A DNA stretch of 61,557 bases, filler included, from Choristocarpus tenellus KU-1152 (Eukaryota; Protista; Phaeophyceae): NCBI GenBank assembly GCA_964200185.2. It is 13 parts of 13 records of this genome, joined end to end, with 100 filler letters (N's around TTAATTAATTAA, not from the genome) between each part and the next. Parts side by side here need not be neighbours in the genome. Positions count along the whole stretch, not along the records: positions 42,369 to 53,821 come from CAXNAD020002310.1; positions 53,922 to 58,430 come from CAXNAD020014226.1; positions 58,531 to 61,557 come from CAXNAD020022844.1; 10 more parts are not named here. One strand, 5' to 3'. Shown one piece after another: positions 48,701 through 61,557 of this stretch. How positions within the stretch are numbered: position 1 is the first letter of the stretch; each line of letters begins with the position of its first letter. The position numbers and the translations under genes are program-made. The notes beneath the pieces were generated by a model that ran no database searches, was not told the origin of the DNA, and was given only the letters and a program-made list of their open reading frames with translations.

Positions 48701-51700
48701 CTTCGCAGCGGCAGGTGAACATGGGATATGGCGATATACACCAAGACCCGAGTCTCTCTCTCTATATATATATATATGAAACAATGGATCCAATACAATG
48801 TTCTTGTACTGTGGATATTTTGAGAATAAGTGTGGTTTTTTTCGGGGTTGAGCAGGATCAATTTATTTATCAGTTAGGATCAGGGTTGGTGCAATTTGTT
48901 GCTTCCAATGCCTCTTTAGAAATCCATGTGCTCTTTCTGATATCCCTAACTCCACCCCTATCCCTTTGCTTCAAGGCGTGTGTCATGAAGGATCCTCTAC
49001 ATGCTTATGTATTATAATTTCTAGTATATACAGTAGCTATAATAAGTACTGGAGAGAATACATATTGGTGTATGTTCTGCTTGTTTGTGTGAATCACTCT
49101 ATCATGTATTTTCTATAGACATGCCTTAAAAAATTGTACCATGTACTGTCCATACTTACATGCACATGTCTTCAGGCATTTTCTCTACAGAAGATACCAA
49201 TCAATCAAAGTGGTCCACGTTTGTAATCATCTTGAGGTATAAGAGTGAAAGTATCTTAGAGGGTACGAGTTTTGTCCTATTTGTCCATTTGGAGGTTTGC
49301 TTCTCACGGATTTTTTTTGATGACAATTCCTATTCCGAAATATATGAGAGTAGATAAAATGTATACAGTATTGAGCAGGTATCATGCATATGTCCGGAAC
49401 AAGGACATTGACACTTCCTAACAAATACGTAGCCAATATTACATTAAAATCACATTTGATTTTGGTCCCCCAAGTGGACGTGGCTCTACCCTCTAAGATA
49501 CTTTGGCTCATAAACTGTATATGCACTTTAACAGTAGATACAGTGCATGTACACACCGGAAGTGTTTGAATTATATTCTAGTGTTCTCTGCGCTTGAGCT
49601 CTTGGGAAGTTGCCTGGAATCAACACAATACCAAGTATGTGCCTTATCTGTATCTTAGTACTTTCCTCGTGAATCACCTTCCCCCCCTGCCCCCACTATT
49701 CTTCCCCTTGTGTTTTGTACTGATGGTATGCTCTTGATGATTGGTACTACTATATAGGGTGCCATTTTGTCATTGTGCCTCTCTTTTCATTGCTACACTT
49801 AAGCACTGAACCGATATCCCACACTCTGACCTTCTATTTTGAAATCTCTCTATATTCCTTTCCCCCCCCCCCCAGAAAATTAAACACTACTATATGTTGC
49901 TATGTAGTACTTATGATGCTACACATTTGACCTAACATTTGGTTCATTTTATTAATTCTATGACAAATATTTGTGTATGTATTTGTTTTATTTCACTTTT
50001 TCGTGCTATGTACATGGTGTATGACTCCATCCATGTATATTTTCTTTTTATATTTGGATTGCTTGCTACCAAAAGATTGATGTACTTGCATGTAGCTGCA
50101 GGTTGAACAAAAAATCTTGTGTGAGCAATGCATAGGATTTCATGTTCAAGATCCCACAGGAGTGAACCAGGCATTTCCAACATGGAATACATTGCCCATT
50201 TATTGACGTAGGAAATACTATTAATATGTGACTGTTTTGCTCCGTGTGTTAGTGGAGCTCTATCTATTATATAGAGCGTGTCCTTAACCTTAGTCCTAAA
50301 CCATTTCAGTATGTCACCATGCTGTCGGGTGGTTGTTGCTAATTTCTTCACTGTTTCCATTGCTGTTCTGGTGGTGCTACAGAGCTTGGACAATGTGTGC
50401 TGTGGTGTGACACATGCCTCCTTCTTGGAGGGGGGAAAGATGATGGTCATCGGTCATGGCGATTGCACCGTCAAGGTGTGATAGGGCGATGTTGGATGAA
50501 CCCCAAACCCACCACATACATATAGAGGGCACACTACATGTCTGTATCTATGCGCTGAAGGATACTTTCATTTGAACCAATGAATGTACCCTCTTCTAGA
50601 GATGTTATATTGAATAATCTTTTCGTCTTACCTAAGCAACCTTCCATACTAAATCCTGCACCCACCACAAACTCTTCTTCCTAATGACTCCTTGTATACG
50701 CCTCCCAACACCAGGTGTACTCTTGCCAAACAGGCGATGTATTGGCCTCCTACCCTACAACAGCACCCCCTGTCCTTGTGGCCTCAGTCTCCACTTCTGG
50801 TGGGCAATCCATACTTCTTGCAGTTGCCGGAGGTGTGCTGGTCAGATGGCCGCTGCACAAGGGGGGTCTGCGGCTACCAGGCTCAATCGGAGCTTCAGGT
50901 GAAGGCTCCAGAGCCAGCTCTGTTGCAGGATTGGGTGCCAGGTGCATCAACAGCAGCGTTTTGGATCTTGTGGGTTCTGTGAGAGCTGTGGTAGCCTTGC
51001 CTTTGACCTGGACTTCTTCATTGTCCTCAGCACAGTCATTATTGGAGGGGGGGCGGGGGGGGGCGGGGGGGCAAGGAGAATCTGTTGTGGTGGCAGGGGA
51101 GAGGGGTCTGGTGGCCTTGGATGCTGCGAGTGGGGATGTTGTTTCAGAAATGGGGTTGGGGGGCCATGTGGGGGGAGTTTCATGTTTGGCGATACTTCCG
51201 GATGGAAGTGGTCTGGTTACAGCAGGAGAGGTAAGAGGACAGGGGACGGGGTAGGAAGTCTCTGAAAGAGGGCATAGGAGTATGTTAATTTGTGGCAGAG
51301 GGTGTTTGTTGTATTTTATTGATTGCTTCGTTTTGCTCATCATGTCCAATACTCTGACTTTTTATTATTGCAGGGTAAGGGTTAGGTAGGTGCACGTGCA
51401 TTAAAGCTTCAACTACTAAAATGCATCATGCTGAATCTGATATTTCTTTGAAATAAGTTGTTTTTGTTGACATAACAGGAGTGGGTGTTTTTTTCCAGTA
51501 ACGATACTTCCATACAATGCAGGGTGGGCTTGTTATGTCATGTTGTTGCGGACTGTTTGACAAATTGAGACCTTGGGCCACTTTCCCCGTATGTTTTGAC
51601 CTAAGTATGTTTTGACCTAAATTGTTGTGTGAAGACCTTTTGTCATTAGATAGTAAGAAGAGAGGTGGTGATACAGTTCTCGTTTGTATAATATTGACTG

Positions 51701-53821
51701 CTTTCTTGCTTGGCATCTTGGGTTTTGTCTTCCATAATGGTATGTACCTTGCTGCTACGGGCAAGCAATTGCCATCACCTTAGAGCTCCACTCTTGCTAT
51801 CTTATCAATAGGAAAAAAGTGTGCATTGAAGAATGTTATAGATCTGTGATGTGTGCTGTATCATTCTTGTGGTCCAGAGCTGTTGAGCACTTCTAATCCT
51901 CTTGCCCTTGAGCACTGATGTACATTAATTTACATTTGGACACACTTCTTCGGTCGTAAATTTGGGCATGTCTCATCTTCATTTATCTTCTTTCAGTTTA
52001 GTCCCTCCTTGAAGTATGTGCTTACAAGTAGAATCTTACGATTACCCTTACTGTAGTCCATGCACCAGAAAATATATACTAAATATGAGTATCTCAATAA
52101 CATCTCAGGATAATGTCCTCATCGAGTGGGATCTGCGGACCTTGTGTCCCAAGCTCAGGCACAACCTTGGGGTGGATGCAAGGTCCCTGTCGGTCAGTCC
52201 AGACTCTTCTCGACTGGCTGTGCTGACCCTTGATAAGGTCCTTGTGTTTGAGTTGGACACCCCAATGGAGGAAGGATCGTCATGGTCCTTTGGCATCAAC
52301 CTTGCGCAACAGGACCAGGGGCAGATGCAGGGGGGGGAGGCAGAAATTGATTCTGATGACCCGGTTCAGGTGTGTAATTGCAAGCATTGGGAGGTGTTAT
52401 TACGAGGTACTTCAAGTGTGTTTCACCTCAAATACAACACATGTTGAACTGACTAGCATGTAGAGAGAAATATGTCGATATTGGTGTGGGAGTTTGGGTC
52501 TGCCTTGTTTTTTCTGGGAATTGGACCTTAATCCTGCTCACCTTTCGTGAACACGTGTACATGTGGTTGCAGTGTTTCCAATGTTGTATTGGATTGGGTG
52601 GGGGTGGGGTGTGTGGATGTGATTACTTGTTTCTACGGAGTACTCTGGTACTTTCTACCAGGTTTAAGTCTACGTACTTCATGTAGGTAGAAATTAAATG
52701 AAGTGGTGTCTTATGGAGCCAATACAGATACACCTACCTGGCGGTTGAACCATTTCTCTTCTGCTTTGCTTTTCTTCCACTGCTTGCTTGTCTTTAGAGA
52801 GTCTGATTTTCTCTTATATTTTCTTTAGCAAAGAACAGCACTTCAATGTACCTACAACAAGTCACCGATTTATTTGGCTGAAATCTTTCTATCCTCTGGA
52901 CTGATAGTGGTATGTCCTATACCAGGTGGTCCTTTCAAAATTAAATGAACTTTGGTACTAGTGACTGTATTAGATAGGGTCATACCCCTCCTACTTGTTC
53001 ACTGCCTAAGTTTTTTTGGCATTTTGATATTTAATTTCAAGAAGCAAGGGGTATGCTGATGTGTTCGAAACTTCCTTTATCTGTACTGCCATTTGGGTCT
53101 GTTAGGGGAAGTCCTATGGTGTTCCTATGGATATGATGGGAGACACTAAGCTATGTAGGATCCAACGGTTGACTTATGTTCATTGCAAACATACATATTT
53201 TTCTTGACTTTCATCGTTTATATTTATGTATCATTTACGTCTTTGTTTCGGGTGCTACTATACATGGTCACAAGGCGAGAGAGAGGGCTGCAGCAGGAAG
53301 GAATCCCAAGTACCGATCAATACCTCATTTTACACTGGAACACCTATACAAGCTGACTCCTCTTGCAAATGCCACAATACAATACAACATTCTTCAAGCC
53401 TGCTTTTTCTGTATTTCATATGTTTCAATTTTCTCACCTATCCCCCCCCCCCTCTACCTCTCAGCTGGCCTTCTGGGACAACCGTACATTAGCCATGGCC
53501 CTCAGTCGGGGCCGCATACAGCTGCGTGATCTGGCCCCCCTGCCATCTGTCACAGTGGCTGCTATGAGCTCAGCTACAGGATTGTTGACTGGAACTGAAG
53601 CAATTTCACAAGAAACCACAGAGGTAGAGGACAGTTCAGGGATTGTTGTCAAGGGGAGGACAGGGCAACACCGAAGGGCAATGGAGCTCCCTGTTGAGCC
53701 TCCTGTAACTGCTGATTGGTCTGCGCACTGTGGCCTTGTTACCTGTATGGCTGCAAGACGAGTTGGAAGCGAAGCCTTGACTAGTGTTAGTGGAAGGAAT
53801 GATTTAGTGGGGAGCTGGGGG
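42735..53821 (+). CDS. Pentapeptide-repeat + WD40 protein (C-terminal half typical of NACHT-pentapeptide-WD40 STAND proteins), 12 exons, partial at both ends
   Basis: Exons 42735-42812, 43186-43434, 43883-44118, 44822-44972, 45738-46193, 47014-47108, 47751-48063, 48607-48714, 50383-50475, 50715-51230, 52109-52369 and 53465-53821, all phase-consistent. Starts ASANAMTVLCAAGRSFAGMDLSKIKVPGSIMDGGIFDGCSLSGADITSCSLQGASLGRCNLDDA. WD motifs include GHVGGVSCLAILPDGSGLVTAGEDNVLIEWD. Confidence 0.8.
47142..47276. repeat. Intronic tandem duplication, 2 x 66 bp
   Basis: tggattattgttttatgatttttgttatgaatatctcttttgaagtacataatgttttttttatta is repeated essentially exactly. Confidence 0.9.
49243..49509. mobile_element. 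MITE (267 bp), TAGAGGG subfamily, intronic
   Basis: gagtgaaagtatcttagagggtac ... ctaccctctaagatactttggctc; inverse-orientation homolog of 26278-26548. Confidence 0.85.
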
Positions 53822-53921
53822 NNNNNNNNNNNNNNNNNNNNNNNNNNNNNNNNNNNNNNNNNNNNTTAATTAATTAANNNNNNNNNNNNNNNNNNNNNNN
53901 NNNNNNNNNNNNNNNNNNNNN

Positions 53922-56900
53922 GTGAGTCTGACCCCGTTAGTTGTGACGGGGGTCACTTCAGGCATGTATGGGCGTGCTTGTGTGCTTGTGGGTGACTCCA
54001 AGGGGCGTCCCTTGCCCGCCCATCGTATGGGCGCTGGTGACGAAGTCAGGTTACATAGCACCAAGGGCAAGGGAGGGGAGACAGAAATAACGGATATCAC
54101 TGGTAAGTCGGATGAGCGGAGGGTCGCTTTCTAGTTTCATCCATTGCAGGTATTGCAGAGTTTGAGTGTTCGGAAATTCAAAATCCGAAAAGTCAGTTTG
54201 TGGTCTCTGCCAGCCTGAATGATATATGGACCATCCTCCACATCCTCTCGTTATATATATTGGTGCGTGTAAGAGACTAGATTCATGTTGGCCGGCTTTC
54301 CTTCTCACAATGGCTAAGGCGCCCCATCTACGCTACGCTAATGTACTGACGTATGGTCTGCCCTACTTGCATATCTGTAAGTCGAATTGATTATGGAACC
54401 TTACCGATCCTACCCCCTCTCCCCCGCTGGTGCTCTGGAAAAGTGTAGGAGTGGTTGGCAAGATGACTGAACAAACTGTGGAGATAGTTAGCGATGATGC
54501 AGACGATGCTGGTGCCCTACGAGCTCCTTTGCGCCTAGATGTGGTTGCCAGCGAAGCCACTCATAAAAAGCTTATGCAGGTGCCCTCCCAGCAGGCTCGT
54601 AATCTGCTACACCAATCACCCACTACTAAGACTGAAGTCATGCAGGGGTGGAGTCAGAGGGAAAGATTTTTGATTGCTTTATTAGGAGGGCATATTAAAG
54701 GATTGAAGACAACCACTACAAGAATACTGAGATAGCTCAACCCAACATGAGAGTGTTGTGTGTATAGAATTTTAATCCAAATTGGCATTTTATCCACCAG
54801 AACTGTATTGAATTTTGTCTCATTGTTTTAGCCCCTTCACTTCGCACCTTTTCATCTATGCACTGCATATGCAAAGATGGAAGGGATTTTTTCCACTTTT
54901 CCTCACATTCTCATGCCACACATCGGTACACCCTCCCACCAACCACCATAAGGTGTGAGTTGGGAGTACATCACACCAACATCTAATTTCACTGCTGAGA
55001 ACCCATGAATCCATTTCGCATCACAGTAACTCTTAAAGTTTCCTTCGGTGTAACCATCAGGGTCTAGATGCCCTGGAGACCTACCCAGCTGGAGGGCCTG
55101 CGGAACGTGTGAGAAACGTCCTCTTTGGCTTGGAACCACACAGCCTACCAATGCCACCTACACTAATGGACCTGGGGAATATGCCAGGGCCAAAATCATC
55201 AGGACTGGGTCAAGGACTTGCTGCATCACCAGCACTGACTCCTTCACCTCCAGAAGCCGTTATCAATTCTGCCCTCAATGATTCTCAACGTGCCGCAGTG
55301 GCCTTTGCACTAGAGTCCCCAGAGGTGGCACTAATACACGGCCCTCCAGGTACTGGGAAAACCACAGCCGTGGTGGAACTGGTGCTACGAGCAGTTGCTT
55401 GGGGCCAGCGATGTCTTGTGTGCGCCCCATCAAATGTGGCAGTTGATGGTGTGCTGGAGAGACTGGTTGCCATGGGAGGAGCAGGACTGGAAAAGGGGCA
55501 TGGGGCAAGGCCACCTCGTGTTGTTCGTCTTGGGCACCCAGCCAGGTTACTGCCAAAGGTGAATATTTTTGTGGTTTTTGTAACTTGGGGCAGTGGGACT
55601 GTCCTATCTGTATGTGTTCTGTAAGCAAGGCATCTATTGGTGAGAGCTCTCTGGTTCCAATGGCAATCCCATACCTCTAAGGGAAAGTGTAAGCTAGGGG
55701 TGTGTGCCACCCACATGTGATACCACAAACACACAGATTCACGTCCATCATCTTCGCCCTCCTCCCTCCCCTGATTTGTATTGTCTTGACTACTCTCCGA
55801 AGGTTCTTGAACACTCGATGGAAGCCCTTGTTGCGTCCCATGATGGCACTGCCATTGTGCGCGATATCCACAAGGAGATCAGCACCCTGGTTGGTCGACT
55901 TCGCAGAGGGAGGGAAGGAAAGGAAGTTGGCAAAGGAAGGCCAGGAAGGGCAGAACAGGCGGGCTGCAGAAGAGAGTTCAGGAAGGAGGTGGGGGTTGCA
56001 GTGATAGGAGCACCAACCAAAGTTTGATGGGGAGGGGAAGGCAGATTTCAGCTGCGGATATGTAGACTTAAGGAGTGGACCTCTGAGCAACATCTGCACT
56101 GCACCATGTGCTTCTTGGTTGTGTGTATTGTGAAGGATGTTGCAGGTATTATCATGGCTTTGAACCTCTCCATGCACTTATTTTACATTCTAATCTCTAC
56201 ATGACTGGTCAAGTGGTGAACACTAGTGCAAACGGGGTGAACGAATTGATCGATACCAATTTTTTTAATTGCTGAAGAACAGACCAGGATCCGCAGGAGT
56301 GCCGTTGATAGTTTTTGAAGCATATATCCGGTCAACGATGGGGGGGGACTCTTAGATGGTGGAACCAGTGTATCTAGGGGCGTATCGTTGACTGTGTGTG
56401 TGTTTTGTGTGTTTGTGTGTATTTTATTTGCAGTTACGTGCTTGATAGTACATTTACCTGGTACTGCTGTACAATAAAACGCCTCTCCTGATTCTAATTA
56501 AGCTCCTGACTCTGCTCCTAGCCCCCCATGGTAAGGGTTGCTACTGTTACTCCATTAGAGTCACACATGTTGTCTTAGGATTAGGTTTAAGCTTGACATG
56601 TTCTTTATGTTACACTCTGGCACCAAATTCTTGTCTGCACATGAGTTGGCGACTACGATTCCACCAACTCGAACTCTATGCCTTCATATTTCCTGCACAA
56701 TCAGTACTACCAGGCTTAACCCCTCCACTCCCCTCCCATAAACTTTCCAGTTCCCATTGTCCCCCCCCCCCCTACACACAAAAAGACCACTGATGTGTAT
56801 GTACGGGTTTGTCAAATGCGAACTGTTTTGCACACAAAGATCAAAGCCCTTCGAAAGGACGCCCGTAAACGAGAGGAGAAGGTGGTTAAGGAAGTGCTTC

Positions 56901-56998
56901 GATCACGAGAAGTGGTCCTTGCCACGTGTGTTGGTGCAGCTACTAGCTGCTTGCGGGAGGAAGAATTTGACATGGTGATCATTGATGAGGCCGCCCAG
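53922..56998 (+). CDS. IGHMBP2: IGHMBP2/SMUBP-2-like SF1 (Upf1-like) helicase, five internal exons
   Basis: Exons 53922-54102, 54449-54579, 55061-55558, 55803-55988 and 56840-56998 join in phase. Motifs: LNDSQRAAV, IHGPPGTGKTT, CAPSNVAVD, VRLGHPARL, VVLAT, FDMVIIDEAAQ. The N-terminal GMYGR...LPAHRMGAGDEV is typical of SMUBP-2. Confidence 0.92.
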
Positions 56999-59111
56999 GT
57001 GTGTGCAAACCCTCTATGTGTGTGTGTCTGCTGTGTGAGAACATACAATGCCCTACATGCACAGTAGACAGTAGTTGTAGTAGAGGAGAACGCGACATGG
57101 TCAAACACCAAGGTTATTCCAGAGTACCGGGCATTACTGTTTTTTGCCATTGATAATTCACTTTTGTGGTACTGGAGTGTATGGGCACTGTGTGGTCAGT
57201 GTAACTTGTGCCTGTTGTGCACTGGGTCACTTCTTTCCTGGGACATAATCAGAATGGAAAGAGTGGGGTTGGTAATGTGAACTCTAAGTCTACTCCGTTG
57301 TTGTTGCGTGTTGTACTTTTTCTTTAGCATGTGTTGATAATGATCCTGTAATATTTGGAAGCAATTTAACTGCAGAGTGCATGCCCTCACCCTGACTCTG
57401 TTACTGTAGACCCTAGTCTCGCTGCCGTGTACGACGTACTGGATTGAAGTCTGTGGTGTTTAGTGTGGATATGGATAAATGTGGTTATCCTTTGGCATAC
57501 ACCGCTTCGGGCATATGGTAGTAGCGGTTGAAGGTTTACAAGGTCAGAATCAGCGCCAAACATTGAGGTAATGATAAGAGATCGAACCTGGCGACCTCGT
57601 CATTGAGAGACCCTACTCTTGGTTCATTGCAAGCAGGGCAAAAGGCTTGGTACAAAATACTGACTTGTAAGACCCGAGGAATCGATAGACTTTTCACACC
57701 ATTGGAAACAGAACGGTCAGTTTCAGGGGAGTGGGGTGCACACTGTGTGTGTGGGAGCAAGCAGTAAGTAGTGTGTGATTGACAGCAATTATTTATGCAG
57801 CACTATTAATAACAATTTGAGACTCAAGTGCCCTTTTTTTTGCAGTTGTTGCAGTCGGGAATAGTTTGTCACTAGCTAATCTCAATGCGGAAGCATGGTG
57901 CATTGAAGTGGCTCTCGCCCTTCAAAACAGACCTGGGAAAAGAATGACAAATAATTGTGCAAGCCCCCCCCCTGCCAAGCTGTTGCTCTGTTGTCCTCTC
58001 TTAGTATGAGGAAGCACAATGGCAAGAGTCCCTATGAGGCTCTGTAGCTTGTTATCAAGTTCGTTTCAGGGCACACTGATTCCAGGATAGTGATTAGCAA
58101 ATGTATTTCAGAGTTGAGAGCATATGTGTCTCTATAGATTGAAAATGGACCGTAACAGGCGGGTTAAAAATTTCAAATAGTGTATCTTAGCTGGAGTTGC
58201 GACGAGAATAGCTTGGTGACATGTTGTCGAAACGAGTCATTGGCATCCTCCCTCAAGACAGCAATACAGAACAAGCCCATCCCATCCCATCAACTCTTCG
58301 CCTGTGCATTCGCGAATAATTTTGGTCCTGGTTGCCCCTGCCCCCATCTCCACAACGAAGGCCTCCCTCCCCCACCCCCCCCCCCACCCCACCCACACTC
58401 GGGCTTTCATTTGTCTCTTTCCTTTCTTTTNNNNNNNNNNNNNNNNNNNNNNNNNNNNNNNNNNNNNNNNNNNNTTAATTAATTAANNNNNNNNNNNNNN
58501 NNNNNNNNNNNNNNNNNNNNNNNNNNNNNNGCGAGAGGGGGGGGGGGTCGGGGGTGGGGGGTGAAGTGGTGTGTCGTTTCTCATACCATTTTTTTTCTTT
58601 TGGCTACCATTTTTTACTTAATTACTGACTCTCTAGTATCCATTCTTGTCAAAACAGAATCGGTTCCGTCTGTTCCCCATACCGCCTCTCGCAGGGTTTC
58701 ACAACCTTACCCCCACCGACTTTCTTCTCCTTTGTATCTCTCACCTAAGACATGAACTGATTCACATCTTGGAACACACCTCTTTCTTTTTTCCCTTCGC
58801 GGTAACGATTCTAACACATCAGTGTGTACACACACACATACACACACACAACACACACAACACACACAACACAACACACACAGAATGATAACACCCTACT
58901 TTTATCCTTGTAAAACCTTTTTGGTATACATATACGCTATACCTCACACATAACATATACACACATACTATATTTATTATTGCACATCAGAGCTGTTCCT
59001 ATTTGTATCCACTCTTCTTGTCTGTCTCAATTTCTTATGTGCCCTTCCTCTCATTCGTGAACATTTGGCCAACGCTACTTTTTCCACTCCCCTCTCCTTC
59101 TCTACCTTCCT

Positions 59112-59116
<5 letters not shown>

Positions 59117-59154
<38 letters not shown>
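59117..59154. repeat. (CT)n microsatellite
   Basis: About 19 CT units. Other microsatellites: (GT)n ~8636-8655 and ~46968-46991, (CA)n ~29766-29794, AAT-rich ~61220-61270. Confidence 0.95.
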
Positions 59155-59158
<4 letters not shown>

Positions 59159-61557
59159 CCTTGGACTCTTCTGCTGACCAAAGGCAGGGTTCAGTTGGAC
59201 CTTTGCTGGTGGAGTATGACTCTTGCTGGTTGAACTGTGGGGGGGCAAGGAGACCCCCCACCGTTGGAGGTACTTACCTAACCTGTCTTTGTTGTACGAA
59301 CTTAACTACACGTATCCGATAGAGGACTAGTTCGATAGGGGACTCAAACTTCAAACAACTCTGAAACTGAAAAAAAAAAAACAGCTCTCTATAGAGCCGG
59401 TGCTGGCATGAACAGACGGATGGACGGACAGACGGACAGGCATTAATTCTTGGTCTTAAACCTTGCACAGGCGAGAGGGACACCAAAGGTTGCAAGGGTC
59501 CCTTCTTGGGGGAATCAAGTGTGGAGAGCAGGTCTGAACAACGCATCCAGTGGCATAAATCACGTTGAGAGTCTTCCGGTTTGTCGAGTCTGAGGTATAC
59601 GTACCTCTTTAGATAAATTCAGTGGCACAGGTCAGAGTCTGAGGCGTACCTCTTCTGAGAAATTCAGTGGCACATTTCAGGTTGAGAAATTCACTGAGGG
59701 TCTTTCCTGGTTTCCAAGTCTGAGGAACACCTCGAGAGGCACATCTCTGGTCAAGAGTCTTGTGGGCGGGCCTTATCTTGATTCGCTGACACCGATCATC
59801 TATGGAGTCTTGGTCCAAGTTCTTGTCAGAACCACCAAGGATCCTCTGTTCTAGTTCTGGTCAGAATCACCACGGATTCTTTGTCTCTGTCTCATATCCT
59901 CTTGAGTGACGATGATCTCTTTTCTTTGAGGCCATCATCATGTTGGGGGGAGAATAACGCACGACTGCTGCTTGCAACACCACTTGTCATCCAAAGCTAA
60001 GTGCTATGTCCAGAAAAAAATCGAAAACACTTGCTCAGCATTTCAAACCTGAACCTAATTATACGGAAACAGCCATATTTCCTCTCTATCTTTTCACTGC
60101 CTTCACACACCAGCACAGAAGCAACACGCACTCCTTGGCACCACTACCACTACTACCTACCACAAGGGATCATAAAGCATCCGTCGCATGGCCCACGTCA
60201 AACACTTCCCTTTTTCAGTATCGCCTTCCATCTCTTCTACTCTTCAAAGAACACACCGCCAAAACAAAGATAACCTAACCAAATTATGCAATAAACACCT
60301 TCAAACTTTTCAGGGCCCTATGCGGCGGTTACGACCGCAGCAGCAATCACAGTTACTTTACAGTTACGGTACAGGTACGGTCAGCGGAAACGTCTATGGT
60401 TGGACCTATACCATAACCCTGCTGTCAGAAATATACAATTGACCATTGCCAACTGTGTAGACATTTGAAAATTGTGGATAACCATAATAATCTCGGAAAG
60501 GTATCGTAGCAATTACCGGTGCTATGCACCCTACTGTTCCCCTACCACCCAGATAGTATTCTATTACAATGACCATACTATCCAGTTCTTAACTACCCAT
60601 GACTGGACCATAACATTTGTCTCGCTGGAGTCCACGTACCGTAACCGTACCGTTAAAGTACCGTCCACTGGTACACGGACTATAAAAACAAAAAACGAAA
60701 AATCGGCAACCTATAAATATACACATATTTTTATTGGTATAATAGTAGATAATAGCAGTAGTTTACCTTCACAACAGTGATCTTCAACCTTCAACTTCTC
60801 AACCTGAGACCATTGTATTATCATACTACTATTGATACTAATTCCCTCAATGGTACCTTACAATCTTTTGTGCCCCTCTCGTGTACGTACTGTGCCACAT
60901 CAAGTCATTCCTACCCGCCCCACCAGTCTGCCTATGTGCCTGTCTGTACCTTAGCACTATCAGATCTCGTCCTTGTGTATAGGATCACCCATGGACTCGA
61001 GCAAATTTGTCCAAAAAAAATTAAATGAGAAAAAAAGGTCACCCGCACCGGCTCTTTTGGTCCCTCTCATGCAAGTACTGTACATAACCAGGTAGAAAAT
61101 CCTGCTTACAAAGCTGTAGCTTAACATAGACACAGAGAAACGACACCCCTTTCAAATTGCTTTAGAACAACAGGGGGTCAGGTGGCAGGCAACACCCTGG
61201 GGAACCCCAATGGACCCTAATAACAACGATAGTAATAATAATAGCAATAATAATAGCAATAATAATAATACCATTATCATAATGAATATGATCAATATGA
61301 CAATAAAGGTAAATGTGAATAGCTGAAATGATTAGATATCGGTTCGCTTTTTGAAGTAACTAATGAAAGATGTTACGGTATTGCCAAAAATGACACAATA
61401 TTTTACACAAAATATAATTGCACTCAAAGGTAAATCTTGGCAAAGTGACACACTTGTCTGAATTTGCACAAGGTTTATCTCCACCAAGCACAACTTATCA
61501 ATGCTCAGGATTTGAAAAATAATCCAGATTTAGAATTAGTCCTAAGATTAGAGCAAA

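Noticed and set aside
4098-58530. Regularly recurring TTAATTAATTAA palindrome as a biological motif, and gene neighbourhoods across it
   Set aside because: It is always centred in exactly 44+44 N, so it is an artificial contig joiner. ORFs containing X runs and cross-linker synteny are artefacts.
1-61557. tRNA, rRNA, prokaryotic operons or defence systems
   Set aside because: No cloverleaf or rRNA signatures were seen, and all identifiable genes have spliceosomal introns.

Overview
This is eukaryotic, intron-rich DNA, probably from a stramenopile such as a brown alga (inference). It is not one locus. Thirteen short contigs are joined by an artificial 100-nt linker (N44-TTAATTAATTAA-N44), so adjacency across linkers carries no meaning. 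Hand-spliced, phase-checked gene models: a DBH/MOXD1-like copper monooxygenase (3' part), a TBL1-like WD40 protein (3 exons), a complete 10-exon ~1,723-aa mucin-like type-I membrane protein, a SHIPPO-repeat (ODF3-like) flagellar protein, a pentapeptide-repeat + WD40 protein resembling the C-terminal half of NACHT/STAND receptors, and an IGHMBP2-like SF1 helicase. Repeats include several MITE families, 3' ends of an RLE-type non-LTR retrotransposon, a copia-like remnant, tandem repeats and a hairpin cluster. The most notable item is invisible in the ORF track and appears only after splicing. It is a CpG-rich, intron-containing gene present in two copies (39486-42268 minus; 27873-29188 plus). 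It encodes a C4HC3 PHD-like finger and a full-length beta-class (N6A/N4C) DNA methyltransferase fold whose catalytic and SAM-binding motifs are replaced. All homology calls were made by eye from motif knowledge; no searches were run.
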